64,000 nucleotides of DNA from Thraustochytrium aureum (GCA_012862495.1 BLSG01000391.1:231760-295759), one strand, 5' to 3'. Positions 12,191-25,269 are shown, counted from the first letter of the stretch. Made by a program: numbers and translations. Notes: generated from the letters alone by a model not told the origin.

Positions 12191-13507
12191 TCAACCAAGG
12201 GCGCCGAGCACCCCCAGAATGGCCGGCATGATCGACTTCCGGGTGGGAAGCTTGCGGATGTGGAATGTGTCCAACTGCGCCCCGGAAAACTCGTCCCACG
12301 GCTCCGGCGCAAACCCGTTCGACGAGACCCCTTGCGTTACAAACAATGGGTTGGCGGCCAGCTCGTCGGGGAGGTTCCCTGGAACGCCTTTAAAGGCTTC
12401 GCAAATAGCATCACGCAGACCAGGCTTTCCAGGAACTGCAAAAACGCACGCACCTTTGCACCGCTTGCCCCGAGCTGCGCGGGAGCTATTCTCCGGCGGG
12501 TCCTCCGACTTGGTCAGGCTCACGAGGGCTTCAAGTCCAAGCGAGTCGCACAGCTGGTGCATTTCGCCTGCCAGCAAGTCGACGCTGCCGGCACGGTCCA
12601 GAAACTCTCTCTGCGATGCCATCACGGACGCGAACCCTATCCCAGACCCGCCGAAAGGGCCATCACCCTCCACAGTCGCAACCTTGAGGTCCAGCCGAAG
12701 CAAATCGGAGGCGCTCAAACCGGACGTATCAAAGCGCGCTTCAATCAGCTCCTTGAACCACGCAGTTTGCTCATCCTCGCTAAGGCGCGACTCTGGGTAA
12801 GTGGCAAAGAGCCGGTCGCGCACCTTGACATCCCGCTCGCTGTACCGCTTTCCGTTCGGGTTGAACCCGCGCGTGTCGATCAACACTGCGCCCATCAGGA
12901 ACCTGACGAGCTCCGGGCTAAGCCCGGCCCCAGCGTCCAGTGCCAACTCTGCGACGAGCGAAGACGCCGACCCGCACGACGGGTCAACCAGGCGCGGCGC
13001 GGCTTGCTCGAACCGCCCAGCGTCCTGGTGATGATCCACAATGCATGTCACGTCAAACCCACCAAACATGGAGCCCACTTTGGAAGAAGGCTCGTTGTGG
13101 TCGGTCAGCGCGAGGGAGAAGCGGCCTCGCCCAGGCTGCCCGATCAGTCCAGCAACTTCGTCCAAGAAAAGGAGGTCTGTCGGGGCGCCGTGCTCGTCAA
13201 AGCTGAATCCCGCGCTCTTGAATACAAGGCGCGCGTCGCCACGAAGACGGAACTCTTGTCGCGGAAAATGGGCGACAGGAACGGCGACCTCCAGCTCGCT
13301 TGCTGCGGCACCGCAGTGTTCGCGAACCACGTTCCAGCACAGTGACAGGGCCACCGACGAGACCAGACTGTCCACGTCCCCGGCCTCGTTGCCCATCACG
13401 AGCACGAAGCGCTGCCCGCTTGGCCCGTCGCTCCATCTCGCTAACGCCCTCGTGCGCGACTGAAGGGAGCGTGCAAGGGCATCCCCGACCTTTTGGACAG
13501 CTGCCAT
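12191..13507 (-). CDS. PPX1: Exopolyphosphatase, PPX1/PRUNE (DHH family)
   Basis: GNEAGDVDSLVS, LTDHN, IVDHH, GSASSLV, VLIDT, LLRLDLK and the C-terminal TRKSIMP. ATG at 13507. Confidence 0.9.
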   Translation of the reverse strand: MAAVQKVGDALARSLQSRTRALARWSDGPSGQRFVLVMGNEAGDVDSLVSSVALSLCWNVVREHCGAAASELEVAVPVAHFPRQEFRLRGDARLVFKSAGFSFDEHGAPTDLLFLDEVAGLIGQPGRGRFSLALTDHNEPSSKVGSMFGGFDVTCIVDHHQDAGRFEQAAPRLVDPSCGSASSLVAELALDAGAGLSPELVRFLMGAVLIDTRGFNPNGKRYSERDVKVRDRLFATYPESRLSEDEQTAWFKELIEARFDTSGLSASDLLRLDLKVATVEGDGPFGGSGIGFASVMASQREFLDRAGSVDLLAGEMHQLCDSLGLEALVSLTKSEDPPENSSRAARGKRCKGACVFAVPGKPGLRDAICEAFKGVPGNLPDELAANPLFVTQGVSSNGFAPEPWDEFSGAQLDTFHIRKLPTRKSIMPAILGVLGALG

Positions 13508-14332
13508 GGCGGTTTCGTTCCACGCTCCCTCCCAGCGCAGAGAACCGTCAGCTGCACAACGCACACAAAGTAGTGCTCTAGTGCCACACGCGCAAGCCAC
13601 ACGCACTCGCAAGCGTCTCAGCCAGGCGCAATTTGCGCATGCACCGCACGGAGCGCGCGTCTGGACCGCCTGTTGGTGCTGCGGCTGACGATTCAAATGA
13701 TCGTTTGTTCTCTTTGCGTTTTTGGCGTCACGACTTGCTTGACTTGCGCGTTCTCTGCCGCCACCGCCTTCGGCCGCGCGGGCAGTCCAAGCGAAAGATC
13801 AGCTCAATCAAGTGATTCTGGGTAGTGCTGGCACATTCTACGTGTACGAAGTCAGACAATACGTTACGATTCGACAGCATGAAAAAGCTCCAAAAATACT
13901 CAATTATTGGCCTCCTGCGCAACTGGACGGAGCTTTGGATTATTGGCTTGCTGTGCACGAACGAGAGTCTTCATCGCAGTAACGTCACTTGACTGCCCTT
14001 GCGTGCGAGCTGTTCCATTGACCAGCTCGACGATTGTTTGCTCATGGAATCGGATCAAGAGACTCTGCCGCTTGGGGTTCTCAGAGCAACACTTGCTGAT
14101 TTCCAACGACCACGAGATAGGATGGATGAACCAACAAAACACTTGGGCCAAACCAAGTGCAGCGTTTCCCACCGCTCGAAGAACTTCTTCCTTCGGAAAC
14201 AACAACAACACATGAAACGAAATCCCATGGCAGTTCTTCTTCCTTCACACAGCAACAGAAGGTCATCGATCGGGACGGATCGCATTGGTTCGTTCGCTCA
14301 GCCTGGCTACACAGCACCTTGTTTCTACTACT

Positions 14333-15559
14333 CTATTTTTCTTTTGTTTTTGCTTCTTTCGCACATCGAGCCATTGCGACGACGACAGACGTTGGCGTAA
14401 GCTGAGCCGGCACGACGCCAAGCAAGACGCGCACAGTCTCGGGTCCGTGTAAGCAAGCAAGGGCCACGTTTTCGCAAGGCCAAAACAGGCCCTCCATCAC
14501 TTCCTGTGCAAGGTCCCCTGGTCCCCATTGCATGAAGCCACGATACAGAAAAATCGTTGCGCGCTGGCCGCGTTCGTCGGCACTGGCAACACCAGGCGTT
14601 GGCGACTGCTGCTCGTGCAGCAGCACCTGGACTTCTCCCACGAGCGCCAGCAAGGTGACTGGATCGGAACTGGTTGCAAGGACCAACGACGAGACTTGGT
14701 GCATCTCGCGTCCAATGTCTTCGCCGAGACGGGCTCGACCACTGCCAGTCCACGCTTCGTTCTCAAACGACTTGTGCTCGACCCCACTTGTCGCTTCGAG
14801 GAGACCCAAAACGCCTGCACTACCAGGAAGAAGGACAAACCATTGCGCCAGATTTCGCTCTGCGCGTGTTCTGGTTCCCAAAGCAACCTGCACCCCGGTC
14901 TTGGCGAGCATCGCGTCGAGCGTGCCAAACCCCAAAAGCTGAGCCGGGCACGCAGGTCGAGTTGCGGCCATACCCTCCGGACTTTGGTCCGCGAGCACTG
15001 GAGTGGAGGCCTCGCATCCCTTTGTGCGCCAGGCTTCGGCAAGGGCTGCGTGCGCCTCTGCACTTGCGGTATTGCTCGGCAAGTGCGGCGACAAGGCCAA
15101 GCCTTTGGCCCCTTCAACTGGGTCCCACTCAAAAACAAGAATGGCCCGCTCAACCTGCCCAATGCTGCCAGTCGGCACACCACTACTAGTACGCGGAAGC
15201 AGCACAGTCCCCTCAACGAAGGACTTGGCGGACGGCATTCCAGGCCACGAAGCCAAGGCGGCATAGGCCCTGTTGCCGTTTCCTGAAACGTCCTCGGCGA
15301 GGTCACTGTCACTGTCCTCGTCCTCGCTCTCCACGGACTCCGCAGGCTCAGCGAGCGCGTTGGCGTTGCTCGGAGCCTTGCTGACACGGCTGTTCCTCAA
15401 CCGAGCGCTGGCGACGGCGAGCAACTCTGTGCTTTCCCGAGTTGCCCGAGAAAGGAGGAAGAGAAGGGCAAGTAAAAGGACAGCCCCGCCGCAGCGCGCT
15501 TTCCGCTTCAGCCGCCCGGCGCCATCTCCAAGACCGCCGCCCCCTGCGTTCCAAGACAT
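14333..15559 (-). CDS. Membrane-anchored protein with a divergent DUF179/AlgH(YqgE)-like domain
   Basis: N-terminal TM segment (AVLLLALLFLL); ERAILVFEWDPVEGAKGLALS and LYRGFMQWGPGDLAQEVMEG resemble the N- and C-terminal DUF179 motifs. The 3' end may be frameshifted near 14440. Confidence 0.55.
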   Translation of the reverse strand: MSWNAGGGGLGDGAGRLKRKARCGGAVLLLALLFLLSRATRESTELLAVASARLRNSRVSKAPSNANALAEPAESVESEDEDSDSDLAEDVSGNGNRAYAALASWPGMPSAKSFVEGTVLLPRTSSGVPTGSIGQVERAILVFEWDPVEGAKGLALSPHLPSNTASAEAHAALAEAWRTKGCEASTPVLADQSPEGMAATRPACPAQLLGFGTLDAMLAKTGVQVALGTRTRAERNLAQWFVLLPGSAGVLGLLEATSGVEHKSFENEAWTGSGRARLGEDIGREMHQVSSLVLATSSDPVTLLALVGEVQVLLHEQQSPTPGVASADERGQRATIFLYRGFMQWGPGDLAQEVMEGLFWPCENVALACLHGPETVRVLLGVVPAQLTPTSVVVAMARCAKEAKTKEK

Positions 15560-15612
15560 CGGTTGCTGCCGCTCTGCAGCGTTGGTTGGGCAGGCACCGG
15601 CAGAAAGAGAAT

Positions 15613-15680
15613 CAATACGATCGGACTTAGATCGTCCAGGCCAATTCAATACGATCGGACTTAGATCGTCCAGGCCAATT
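15613..15680. repeat. Exact 34-bp tandem duplication
   Basis: caatacgatcggacttagatcgtccaggccaatt x2. Confidence 0.9.
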
Positions 15681-16122
15681 GATTTCGAGCAAGTAGTTGG
15701 CCTTNNNNNNNNNNNNNNNNNNNNNNNNNNNNNNNNNNNNNNNNNNNNNNNNNNNNNNNNNNNNNNNNNNNNNNNNNNNNNNNNNNNNNNNNNNNNNNNN
15801 NNNNNNNNNNNNNNNNNNNNNNNNNNNNNNNNNNNNNNNNNNNNNNNNNNNNNNNNNNNNNNNNNNNNNNNNNNNNNNNNNNNNNNNNNNNNNNNNNNNN
15901 NNNNNNNNNNCTGGCACAACCTTTGGCCCCGGGAATCGCTCCCCGGCACCGTTCGGTGTGACTCTGTCCCCGAGGAGACTCGAGTCTTCAGAGTCTCCAA
16001 CATGCAGGAATCTTGCTTTTGTTCAGCTCACGCACTACCCAGCCGAGTGAGTGAGCGAGTTCGCGGGAACCCGTGTCCTCGTCACTCACCGACTCGTGCT
16101 CGACTGACTAACTCGTGACTAC

Positions 16123-19100
16123 TTACACCTCCAGGGTCGGCCCAACAGCTGACAATCGCACCGAGCAAACCATGCCGGTCTCTGTCCCGGCCAAGACGAA
16201 GTCGCCCCGGCTCGAAATAGCCAAGCTTCGGATTGCCGACCCGTCTTGGCTTACGGTTAGGCTTGTCGTTGTGGCGGCAAGGTCTGAGGTTCGACGAAAG
16301 CAGACGCGACCAGTATCATCGCCCGCTATGACAACCTCACACCCAGCTCCGTTCTCATACCCGATGCACATCGCGGAAATCCGGGCGCTCTGACCGTCTT
16401 CCCGAAACTGAGACACAGCGCCGCCGTTAATGGTCCTCACTGCCACGAGTGTTTCACTCTCATCCTCGCAGTGGATCACCACGTGCCCTGTGACGCGGCC
16501 AATGGCCAGACCAACAATAGGTGCGGCAGCTGGAGCTGGCAGCAGGCTTCGCAAGAACTGGCCAGAATCGAGCGAGTGCAGGTAGGCAACCCCAGAGACC
16601 GAGCCGGATGCAACGACAGCCATCCCGCTGGAAACGGCCACCGCCGTTACGGCTGAAACGTGCCCCGAGAGCTTCCTGACGAGGTTGATGAGGCCGTTGG
16701 TTGTTGCCGCAGGCTGAGAACTCGCTGCAGTGCCGTCAGCCTCGCGCTCGCCAACGAGTGTCGCACCAGCCGACACGGAGCCCAACGCGATGCTTGAGCT
16801 GCTTGCCGTGCGCGAGCCTAACTCGGGCGCTCCGAAGAGGTCCATGACTTCCTCGCGAATGTCACTGGCGCCACCCAAGAGCCAAACTCCAACCGAGCAG
16901 TCTTCGCTGCCAGTGACGACCACTTCCTCCCGCTCGCACAACGCGACGCAGACCACCCTGCTCCTATGCGCCACAACTGCCTCTTCTACGCGTGCGTTGT
17001 CCACATTCTGTGCGCGGAGAGACCCGTCAAAGTAGTTGCACGAGAGGACGAGTTTGCCCTGTTTGGCGCATGCAAAGGAGGAGCCGCGCAAGCGCATGCG
17101 AAGCCCAGCCAAAGCAGAACCTGCTAATGAAACGTCTTGCGGCCGCGCGCGCGCGCTCACTGATATCGCGGCAGCGTTGAGCACGCGCATGGCCCCGGGC
17201 TTGAGCGCCGCACCGGGATCGCCTGCGGACCCGAATCGGTGGACCCCAACGCTCAGGTCCTCGTGCACAGCAACCACGCGGTCGGCAAAGACCGACAAGG
17301 CGACGAGCGGCGGGGCTCGCCTTGCCAACGCGAGATTAGAGCCGCTTCCCAGACCGCCTGCTGCCAGTGGGAATCGCACGCCCTTGAGGAGGGAACCAAT
17401 GCCACTTAGGGCGCCGCTTTGCGGGCCTTGGCTCCCTTCCTCCGCAGCGCACCCCAAGGCCCCTGGAGCAGACTGGGCCGGCACATTCGATGGCGCGGCC
17501 CACGGCTTCATCACCGTCACGCTGAACCACCCCACGTCGCACTGCTCCAAAGCGCGGTCCAACAGTCGCTCACTCTGGGGCCGCGGCAGGCGCGCGGGGT
17601 GGGGCCGGACAAGCAGCTGCGACGGCGTCTGGCCAAAGTAGGCAATTTGGTGCTCGATGCTGCGGCGAAGGATCGGCTCGGCGATCGAGTCCAGATCGAC
17701 CGCCCCCTCGTACGTGAGGTAGTAGAACACATTGTGCGCGCGCTCCGCCTCACGGCCGAGCTGCTGGTACCCAAACACGAGGTCGACCCACTTGTGCAAG
17801 TTGGCCGACACATACTCCGACTCAAGCGCCTCGCGTTGGATGCGCACAAACTCGTGAGCAGACCCCTTGGCCCACGGCGGCAACACGACATCGCCAATCG
17901 GCTGCCCGTTGTCGGAGCGCGCCCCAAGGGGCAAGTCGTTCTGGTTTAAGAACATCTCGGGAAGGTAGAAAAACTCTGGGATGAGCTCCTTCACGTCAGA
18001 CATCGACTCCATGCTCCCCAGCCAGCAGTCTTCTACGGAAAAAAAGAGACGCTCTGGGCAGTCGAAGCGCCCGCCCTGCAACTCGATCGCCAGCGAGGTG
18101 AACGGCTCGACGCGCAAAAGGTAGTGCAGCACAATCCCAGCATTGCTGTAGTGACTGCCGTAGTGGAAGGGCGGGATCTCCATCGCGGGGTCGCTAAAGG
18201 TCTCAAACCTTTCCAGGAACTCCGCAAGTCGACTCTCGTTCAGAGCCCCAATCGGCTTGCTCAGGTCGCGGTACACGCCAGGGTCGCTCAGGTCGATTGA
18301 CTCTGACGTGTAGTCCCGCAAGACCCAGGGGAACACCGGATACTGCGTGATGTCATTGTACGACCGCCCCGCCATCGTGTTGAGCTGCATCAAGTACTCA
18401 AAGTTTGACATTTCCCCCTTCCGCCACTTCTCCAGAAGGCCAGATCGTTCGAACACGACGGCGGGTTTGAGGCTCTCCTTGAACGTCTTGGCCAAATTTG
18501 GGGTCTGCTGCCGCAGAATCACTGCAAAGCACTCGCTCCGCGCTTTCGCAGAGGGGAAGCACAGAAAGATGTTGGTCATGTCGCGAAAGAACAGCTCGAG
18601 GGCCGTCGACCGTAGCAAATAGCGCCGCCCGTGGATCTCTGTCAGGTCCGCGAGGCTCCAGCGCATCATAGTCTTTGGTACTGGGCCGCCGCTCCGCTTC
18701 GTCTTGACCTCGGCGTCCTCCGGCTTGTCCTGCTCTTCTCCGGCGGCCACGCCGCAGTCAGCCCAACCCGCCTCGCTGCTTGCACTTGCGAGCCGAAAGC
18801 CAGTGGGAGCGCCCTCCGCGGCGCCGCGCTCTTCAAGCTCTCCGAGGCTGCCATCGCGATCGGCGTAAAAGAATACGTGCTCGTTTGAGACCTCGAGACG
18901 ACCGGGCAAAACCTTCAAGGGGGTCACCCATTGCGCGTTGGAGCAAACATGCACAAGGGCCTCGCTCTTGTTGAGGATGAACTGGTCGGGCTCGCTAAGA
19001 CCTGCGCCTTCAAACGCCCAGCCGTCCATGACATCTAAGAGCGATTCGCTCGAGGTCGTCGCGCGAACAGGAGGGAGCGGTGGGGGGGCCGCAATCGGGC

Positions 19101-22100
19101 CAGATTCTGGTTTGTCTCGCTGTTCGGCCTCAGGGTTGACTTGTTGTCCTTCGTCCAGTTGCTCTTGGTGTCCACCACGTCCAGCAATCGACGCCATGGG
19201 GTATGTGCGCTCGTTCTCGCTAGCTGTGAACTCTCGATTCGGCTCCGTTGGCGCCACGGCAAGTTTCTGGGAAGGGCGAGTCGAGCCGGCACGCAGTGCT
19301 TGTCCTGCGGGCTGCTCAGGTTTGCGATGGCCCAGCTTGCCGCCGAGCCAAAACCACCAAGTGAGGTCAACTTCGCCTTCCAGCCGGCCCCCGAGCCAGA
19401 AAAACGAGGCCAAAGCGTCTTCAGACGAGAAATCCGTCACCGTCGGGGCGTCAACCGAAACCGAACCCAACGCAAGAAACGACTCCCGTGAGGGGTGAGG
19501 GGGAGCCACCTCCGCCTTGGGGGCTCAACACCGGGGAGAGCACGTCGACCACGGGCGGGCTGCGTGGGTCGTCCCCTTTAACGCCACGATACTGGGCGTC
19601 GTCGTGGTTGTCGAATTCAAAGTTTCGGACGAAAAGGCGCCGGCAGCGGAGCGAGTCCTCGCGATCAGAGAGCATCCAACGCACAGTCTGTACCTCCTCT
19701 TCGCCAAAGCTCGAGCTAGGCGGAGCCTGCAAGTGCAAACTGCTCCAGATGCTGGCCTCATGGACTGACTCAATCGTGAGACCCCGCCAGCAAGAAACCA
19801 AGTCCGCCTCGCGCTGCTTCGCTTGTGCGGAAACCGACGCCAGTCTGCTGATTTCAGCGTATGCCAGACGTTGCTGGTAAGCAACAGCGCGCGCCTCGAG
19901 CGATGCCCTCTGCTTTGTCCGCGTGACAGAGCGCTCCATGGAGCTGTGCTCGTCCCAGAGCGACTTCATGCGAGCCTCTGCAAACGCCCTTGCACCAACT
20001 CGCGCTTCGTCCAAAGCGCAGAGTGCACCATCCAACGCCGACCAGAGCGCTGGCCTTGCCGCTCGGGTTCGCGGCTTGTAAAACTGAGCTTTGGAGGCAT
20101 GCAGAGTGAATCCACTCGCCCGGTCTTCCTTGGGCCTGGTCGAGCGCAAGGATCTTACGCGGAAGGAAGGGGTCTGCCACGACAGCGGCGACCAATTCCC
20201 CGTGGTGGGAGCAAATGGCCTTGAGGAGCTCAACGACAAAGTCGAGGTTGTACGATACAGCGGCTTGTTCCGCGCGTCGGTCCTCTCTGGCGCGGTCCAG
20301 CGCACGGAAAACCACGACGAGGGCCCGGACAACGATGGCGCTCTTCTCCCCCTTTACTTTGCCACTTGGGGTGGAATTGGTCGACCAGCGAATCAGCGAC
20401 TTGACGCGAGGCAGCTTGCGCAGCAAGGCGACCAGCTTCGTGAGCCTCTTCGCATGGGCCGGAAGGCTCGAGGCATCAAGAGACGCCGCCTCCAGGCCGT
20501 CGAGCGAGAGCGACATCAAAGCAAACGCTGCCGGTCCTCTGATCTTGTCAAGCTCGTCTTGCCGGCGCAGCTCCACGGGCCACACAAGGTTGCTCAGCAT
20601 GTCGATTTCTTGGCTAGAAGCAACCGCTTTTTCTTTGCTTGCCAGTGGTGAGGTATTCACCGAAGTTGCTGGCGACGGCGGAGACGTCGCACTCTGCTGG
20701 TCCGACCTGAGGAGTTGCGGCGGGAACGTGCAGCACAGGTCCACGATCGCCAAGAGGCCAGCCTTTATCCGGCACTCCCCGCCGTCCGGTGGCGAGGGCA
20801 AGAGCATGTCCATCAACAGCACCAAGCGCTGCACGCTATCCCAAAGTCTGGGAAAGCAAGCTGATATGTCCTCGCTCTGCATCTGCTTGTACACCGACTC
20901 CAGGAGGTCGGCAACGATCGTGCGGGTGATGACCTGGCCGTCCACCAGCAACGGATGGAGCGCAAGGACACGCTCCACCGCGGCCCAGCCTCGCGGGGTT
21001 TCGAAGAGCGCATCCTGAAGCACCAGGAGGAAGAGCTTGGTGCCGAGGTCAAAGCAGACTTGGGCGCCGCTGGAACGGCTTGCGCCGCTTTCCAGCGAGC
21101 CGAGCAAGCCGAGGAACGAGCCTTCCCAAGACGGCGTCTCCATCAGCCGCTGCCGGTTCACGGCCTGAAACTTCAGGAGCAAAAACAGGTCCTGGCAAAC
21201 GCGTTGCTGCAGGTACAGGTCCATTCGAGGCAGGAGCTTGATGACCACAACAAGGGCATGCGCGTTCTCAACGATCTGCGTGTCGTCCAAGATAGGCCCG
21301 AGCTTGGCTTGGTCAGCGAAAACCTCGTCAGCGTCCTCCCCGAGCGTAGAGAACACGGATCGCCACGATGAGCGAGACGCTCGCGTCGCGGCCGTGCCAA
21401 CGCTGGCCGCGCTCGAGTGGCGGCGGGCAACAGCCGAGCGACGCCGCGCAGGCCTCACATCTTGCCCAACCATCATCTCCAGCAGGACAGAATATATGCT
21501 GTCGAGGCCTGACGACGGCCACGAGGGCTCCAGCGCCGAGCCCGTAGTCTGGGCTTGCTGCCCCCCTCGCGGTCCCGATTGACCTCGATGTAAGTTCCTC
21601 GCGGCCGCAGCGCGCTCAGCGACCGTGCTCAGACCGTGCAGGATGCATGCAAAGCCTCCCCTCGCGGCAAAAATCGATGTCGCTGTCGGAGCCGATGGCT
21701 GGCGGAGAGCTAGCTGGAGCACGCCTGACGCAAATGTGTCCAGGTTGGCCAAGTTTGGCACGTGTTTATCAACCTGGCGCAGGTAGTCGTTAACGCAGCG
21801 AAGCGCGAGGGCGCGCATTTCCTCGCCGATGTGCTCGGCCGTCACCAAGTTGGCTGTCAGGACCGCCGCCAAGCCGCCACCTTCCAAACGCGCACAGCAG
21901 TCGAACAGGCCCTTCGGAGGTGGATCTGCGCGGAGAATGAGTGCGAGAACGCGCAGAGCGTCCCGCGCAAGGCGCAAGTCTGCTTGAGACCACAGAGCAG
22001 CGCGTGGCTTTGCTGGCTCGCCCGGGCCTCGGCCCGCGGCCACAAGGGGCGCTCCAGAAGCCAGGGTTGCGTTTCCTCTTGACTCTGCCGCCGGCGCGCG

Positions 22101-24678
22101 CTGGAAAAGCGAAAAGCCGCTCGCACCTTCCCATTGTAGCGGAGCCTGAGGCGAAGCAGGCGCAGACGCGGCAGACAACGGCGACCCCGGGCTTCGCGTT
22201 TCCTCCTCCTCACATGCCAGGGACGAGGGAACGCGCGCGCTCTGTGGAGATGGGGCCTCTGCCCCAGCACCCAGGCCAAGGCCGTTTCCGTCCAGCGACC
22301 GCCGGCGCCCAGCTCCTTGCCCTACGCCAAGGGCAGCACTAACAAGCACCCGGAGTTCGTCAGCGGAGACAGCGTCAAGCAAAAGCGCGACCGCGACCCG
22401 AACCGCATGATAAGAGATGGAGGAGGCGAATGCAGCCCGCGCTTCGCGGTCGACCTCGCGAGTAGGAAATTCCACTTCCCTGGCATGGAAGGTGCGAAGT
22501 TGGTCGAGCCATGCTTCAAGCCCAAGAAACCGGCGAAACAGCGTTGGAGCCGCCAGAACACGCTGCTCGAGGCGGTCAAACCACTGCACTTGGGTCCAGG
22601 AAAGCGCCGGCGCTGACGCGACAAGCTCGGCTTTCGAGCACCGCGAGATAATCCGCAGGTTGAACAAGAGCGCCGCGTCGATTGCGCGCTCAAGCGCGTT
22701 GTAGCTTTGCTTGTGGGGCTGTGTGCGAGGGCGGCTTTTGCAGCGCGGGGCGTCTCCGACTTGAATACCACGTCTGGCCACGCCTCCACGGCGGCCCAGA
22801 GGCTCTGTAGTGCTCCGAAGAGTGGCGCAATGGGCTCTGCTTCGAGCGCGTCATCGTTGGTCGACCCCGTCGGCCCTCTCCCAATTTGGTCGCTGATGCT
22901 TTCCTTGAGGTCGAAAGCGAGTATGAGCCGATCGCTGCAGGCGCGTGTAAGGACCTGTGACGGAATTCGCTCCAGTGCAGAGGCGAGAAGAGAGGGCCCA
23001 CCAAGTGCTCGAAAATCCCGTTGGTTGGCCTGGTGGCCGTCCAAGAGGCCGCCAAGAAGGCTAATGATCTGAACGACTGACACTCCCTCGCACAGTGCGT
23101 TCGACTCGTCCAGGTCTTCTGCGCCCGCCACATCTTGCGACTGCCGATCAACCGACTCGGATGCCGCAAAGCCGCTGACCGAGTTCCTTTGGAAAAGGAA
23201 CGGGAAGAGAGAGGACACGCCGCCGGCCCCTTGCATCGCATCACGCACAGAGGGCAAGTTGAACGGGAATGCTTCGCCCTGGAGTGTTCCATGGCATCCC
23301 CCAAACACGTCCAAGCAGACGTCGTCTAGGCACATGGTCGGATCAAGGCAGAGAAGAGCCTTTTCTTCGAGAAGGCGGTCCACGCTCCCCGCCGCACGGC
23401 CCGAGCCAAGCGATCCAGGTGCGGCCTCCCCATGGCTCATCGTTTTGGCGTGAGCGCGTTGGAGGGCAGCAGAGGCGGAAGGTGATATGCCCTCCGAGAA
23501 GACGTAAAGCGGACCCGCCTGGCCGTCAAAGTCTTCAAACGCGACGAACGAATCAACCTTGTGGGCGGGTAGGCGCGCTGGGTAGGCCAGCACGAAGCCG
23601 TAGCCGTTGGGCTGCTTGATCTCGGTGCCGTCAACGAACACGCGGACAAGGCTCGAACCAAGCATTCGAGTGAGTGGTGCACCGTGAGCTGGTGCCAGGC
23701 TCGCGAGCGGAGTCGCTCAGGTGGTACAGCTATCCGCACTGAGCCCTGGTTGCGCTCGTCGCCGCTCTCAAGCATGACCGAGTACCCGATAAGGTCGTCT
23801 CCAACAAGGGACAGCGTCACGCCGTGTCCCGAAGCTGAGCGCATACGCAACACGCTGCAGCGCCCACAGCCATCTTCAAGCCGGACCCAAAACCACACAC
23901 AGTACTCCCGTGGGAAGGGCCAGCGCCGCAGCGTAGTCAAGGCGATGCCGGACCCACTACCCCCGAAGTGAAATGCAGTTTGCGGGCCCTGTCCCGAAGC
24001 TGCTGGTTCTGGGGCCATTACTTCGTCCGGCAGGGAGTCAACGGGGTCTCTGTCCCAGGGTCTTAGCGCCAGGGCGGTTGTGGCCGCCATAGTTGCTGCG
24101 TCAAATCCTTGGCCGCTTGGGCTGCGCTTTCGCGCCCCAGCGCGCCAGATGGCGCTGTCCAGGAGGTGCAAAAACCGTAGTTGCGAACGGCTGTCACCTT
24201 GCACAAGAGCGCGCGCGGCGCGTGCCAAGATCTCACGGAGGGCGCTCGCAGTTGTGCCCGCGCATAGTATCGCCCCGAGCAGCTGCAGAGCGGCGTCCGC
24301 GACCCGCTCGTAGTCGTCCGCTTCAATCCGGCCGTTTTGTGCGCAAGACCTCCCGCGAGCCGCGCACAAGTCGTAGATGGACAAGAGCGTCCCAACGCGC
24401 TGCTCGACCAGAAACCGCGCGACGCCCTCGCGCTTCTTTGGGGCCAGTGCTTCGTCCACGCACCCGAGACAGGCGAGGCGGGCGGCATCCGCCGGGCAAC
24501 GCACGGCGCGGGCACTGCCGCGGAGCAAGCTCAGTTGCCATTTAACAGGTTGCTCGAGAAACACCTTTGCGTCGCTCATCGCCAGCCATATCGCCTCTGG
24601 GTGCCTCACGCTGCTCTTGCGCCTTTGCGACAGGTCCTGGAACAAGGTGTCCAGAAGGTGGGTTGCGTCTGCAGCCAT
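16123..24678 (-). CDS. Neurobeachin/LRBA-type BEACH protein (ConA-like lectin, ARM region, PH, BEACH, WD40), at least 4 frameshifts; start may lie upstream toward 25023
   Basis: Chained ORFs 23437..24678, 22322..23665, 19854..22781, 19451..20332 and 16123..19509. Motifs include FHFGGSGSGIAL..WPFPREY..WVRLE, RRYLLRSTALELF, SNFEYLMQLNTMAGRSYNDITQYPVFPWV, HYGSHYS, DVKELIPEFFYLPE, FGQTPSQL, and C-terminal WD repeats. Confidence 0.9.
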
Positions 24679-25269
24679 GTCAGCGCTCGCACCGGCGCTT
24701 GCCGCAAGGCCTTGCGCTCAGCCGCCGTGCCGAGACGTTTGCACGAGCAGCAAACAGCCTGCGCGAACTGGGCCTCGCGTCCCGCTAGGCCACGCTCGAG
24801 CGAACGGGAGGGGAGGGTTTTCGAGCCACGCTCCCTCTGCCAGCCCCGCGTGCGCAGCAGCGCTGCAACACAGTGGGAAACTGGACAGCCTGCGAGCCGC
24901 ACTGCGCGCGGCCGCCGTCGATGGTCCTCTGTCCGCGCGAGCGCAGCCGAGTGCTGCACTGCCGCCGAAGATCAACGAAGGCTTCGCCCCTCTTCTCTCC
25001 ACGAGACCACCCAATGCAGCGAGNNNNNNNNNNNNNNNNNNNNNNNNNNNNNNNNNNNNNNNNNNNNNNNNNNNNNNNNNNNNNNNNNNNNNNNNNNNNN
25101 NNNNNNNNNNNNNNNNNNNNNNNNNNNNNNNNNNNNNNNNNNNNNNNNNNNNNNNNNNNNNCAGCGAAACTGCGAAACTGCGCGGGCGCCTTGATCAACA
25201 GCGAGCTGCAGACCCGGCGCCAGGGACGCCAACGCGGCCACGAGCGACCAGCAAGACGACGACGTCGAC

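Noticed and set aside
15613..15680. CRISPR-like repeat
   Set aside because: Only two adjacent copies, no spacer, no cas genes, and a eukaryotic context.
16044..16102. Imperfect hairpin 3' of the BEACH gene
   Set aside because: It is formed from (gagt)/(actc) microsatellite-like arms, with no ncRNA signature.
19200..19410. Apparent repeated FWLGG motif in the BEACH protein
   Set aside because: The alternative frame reads more naturally (SGSGAGWKAKLTSLGGFGSAA), so this is probably a compensated pair of indels rather than a real repeat.
16123..24678. Calling the frameshifted genes pseudogenes
   Set aside because: Motifs are intact, there is no nonsense decay in the correct frames, and conserved housekeeping genes such as MOT1 are affected equally.
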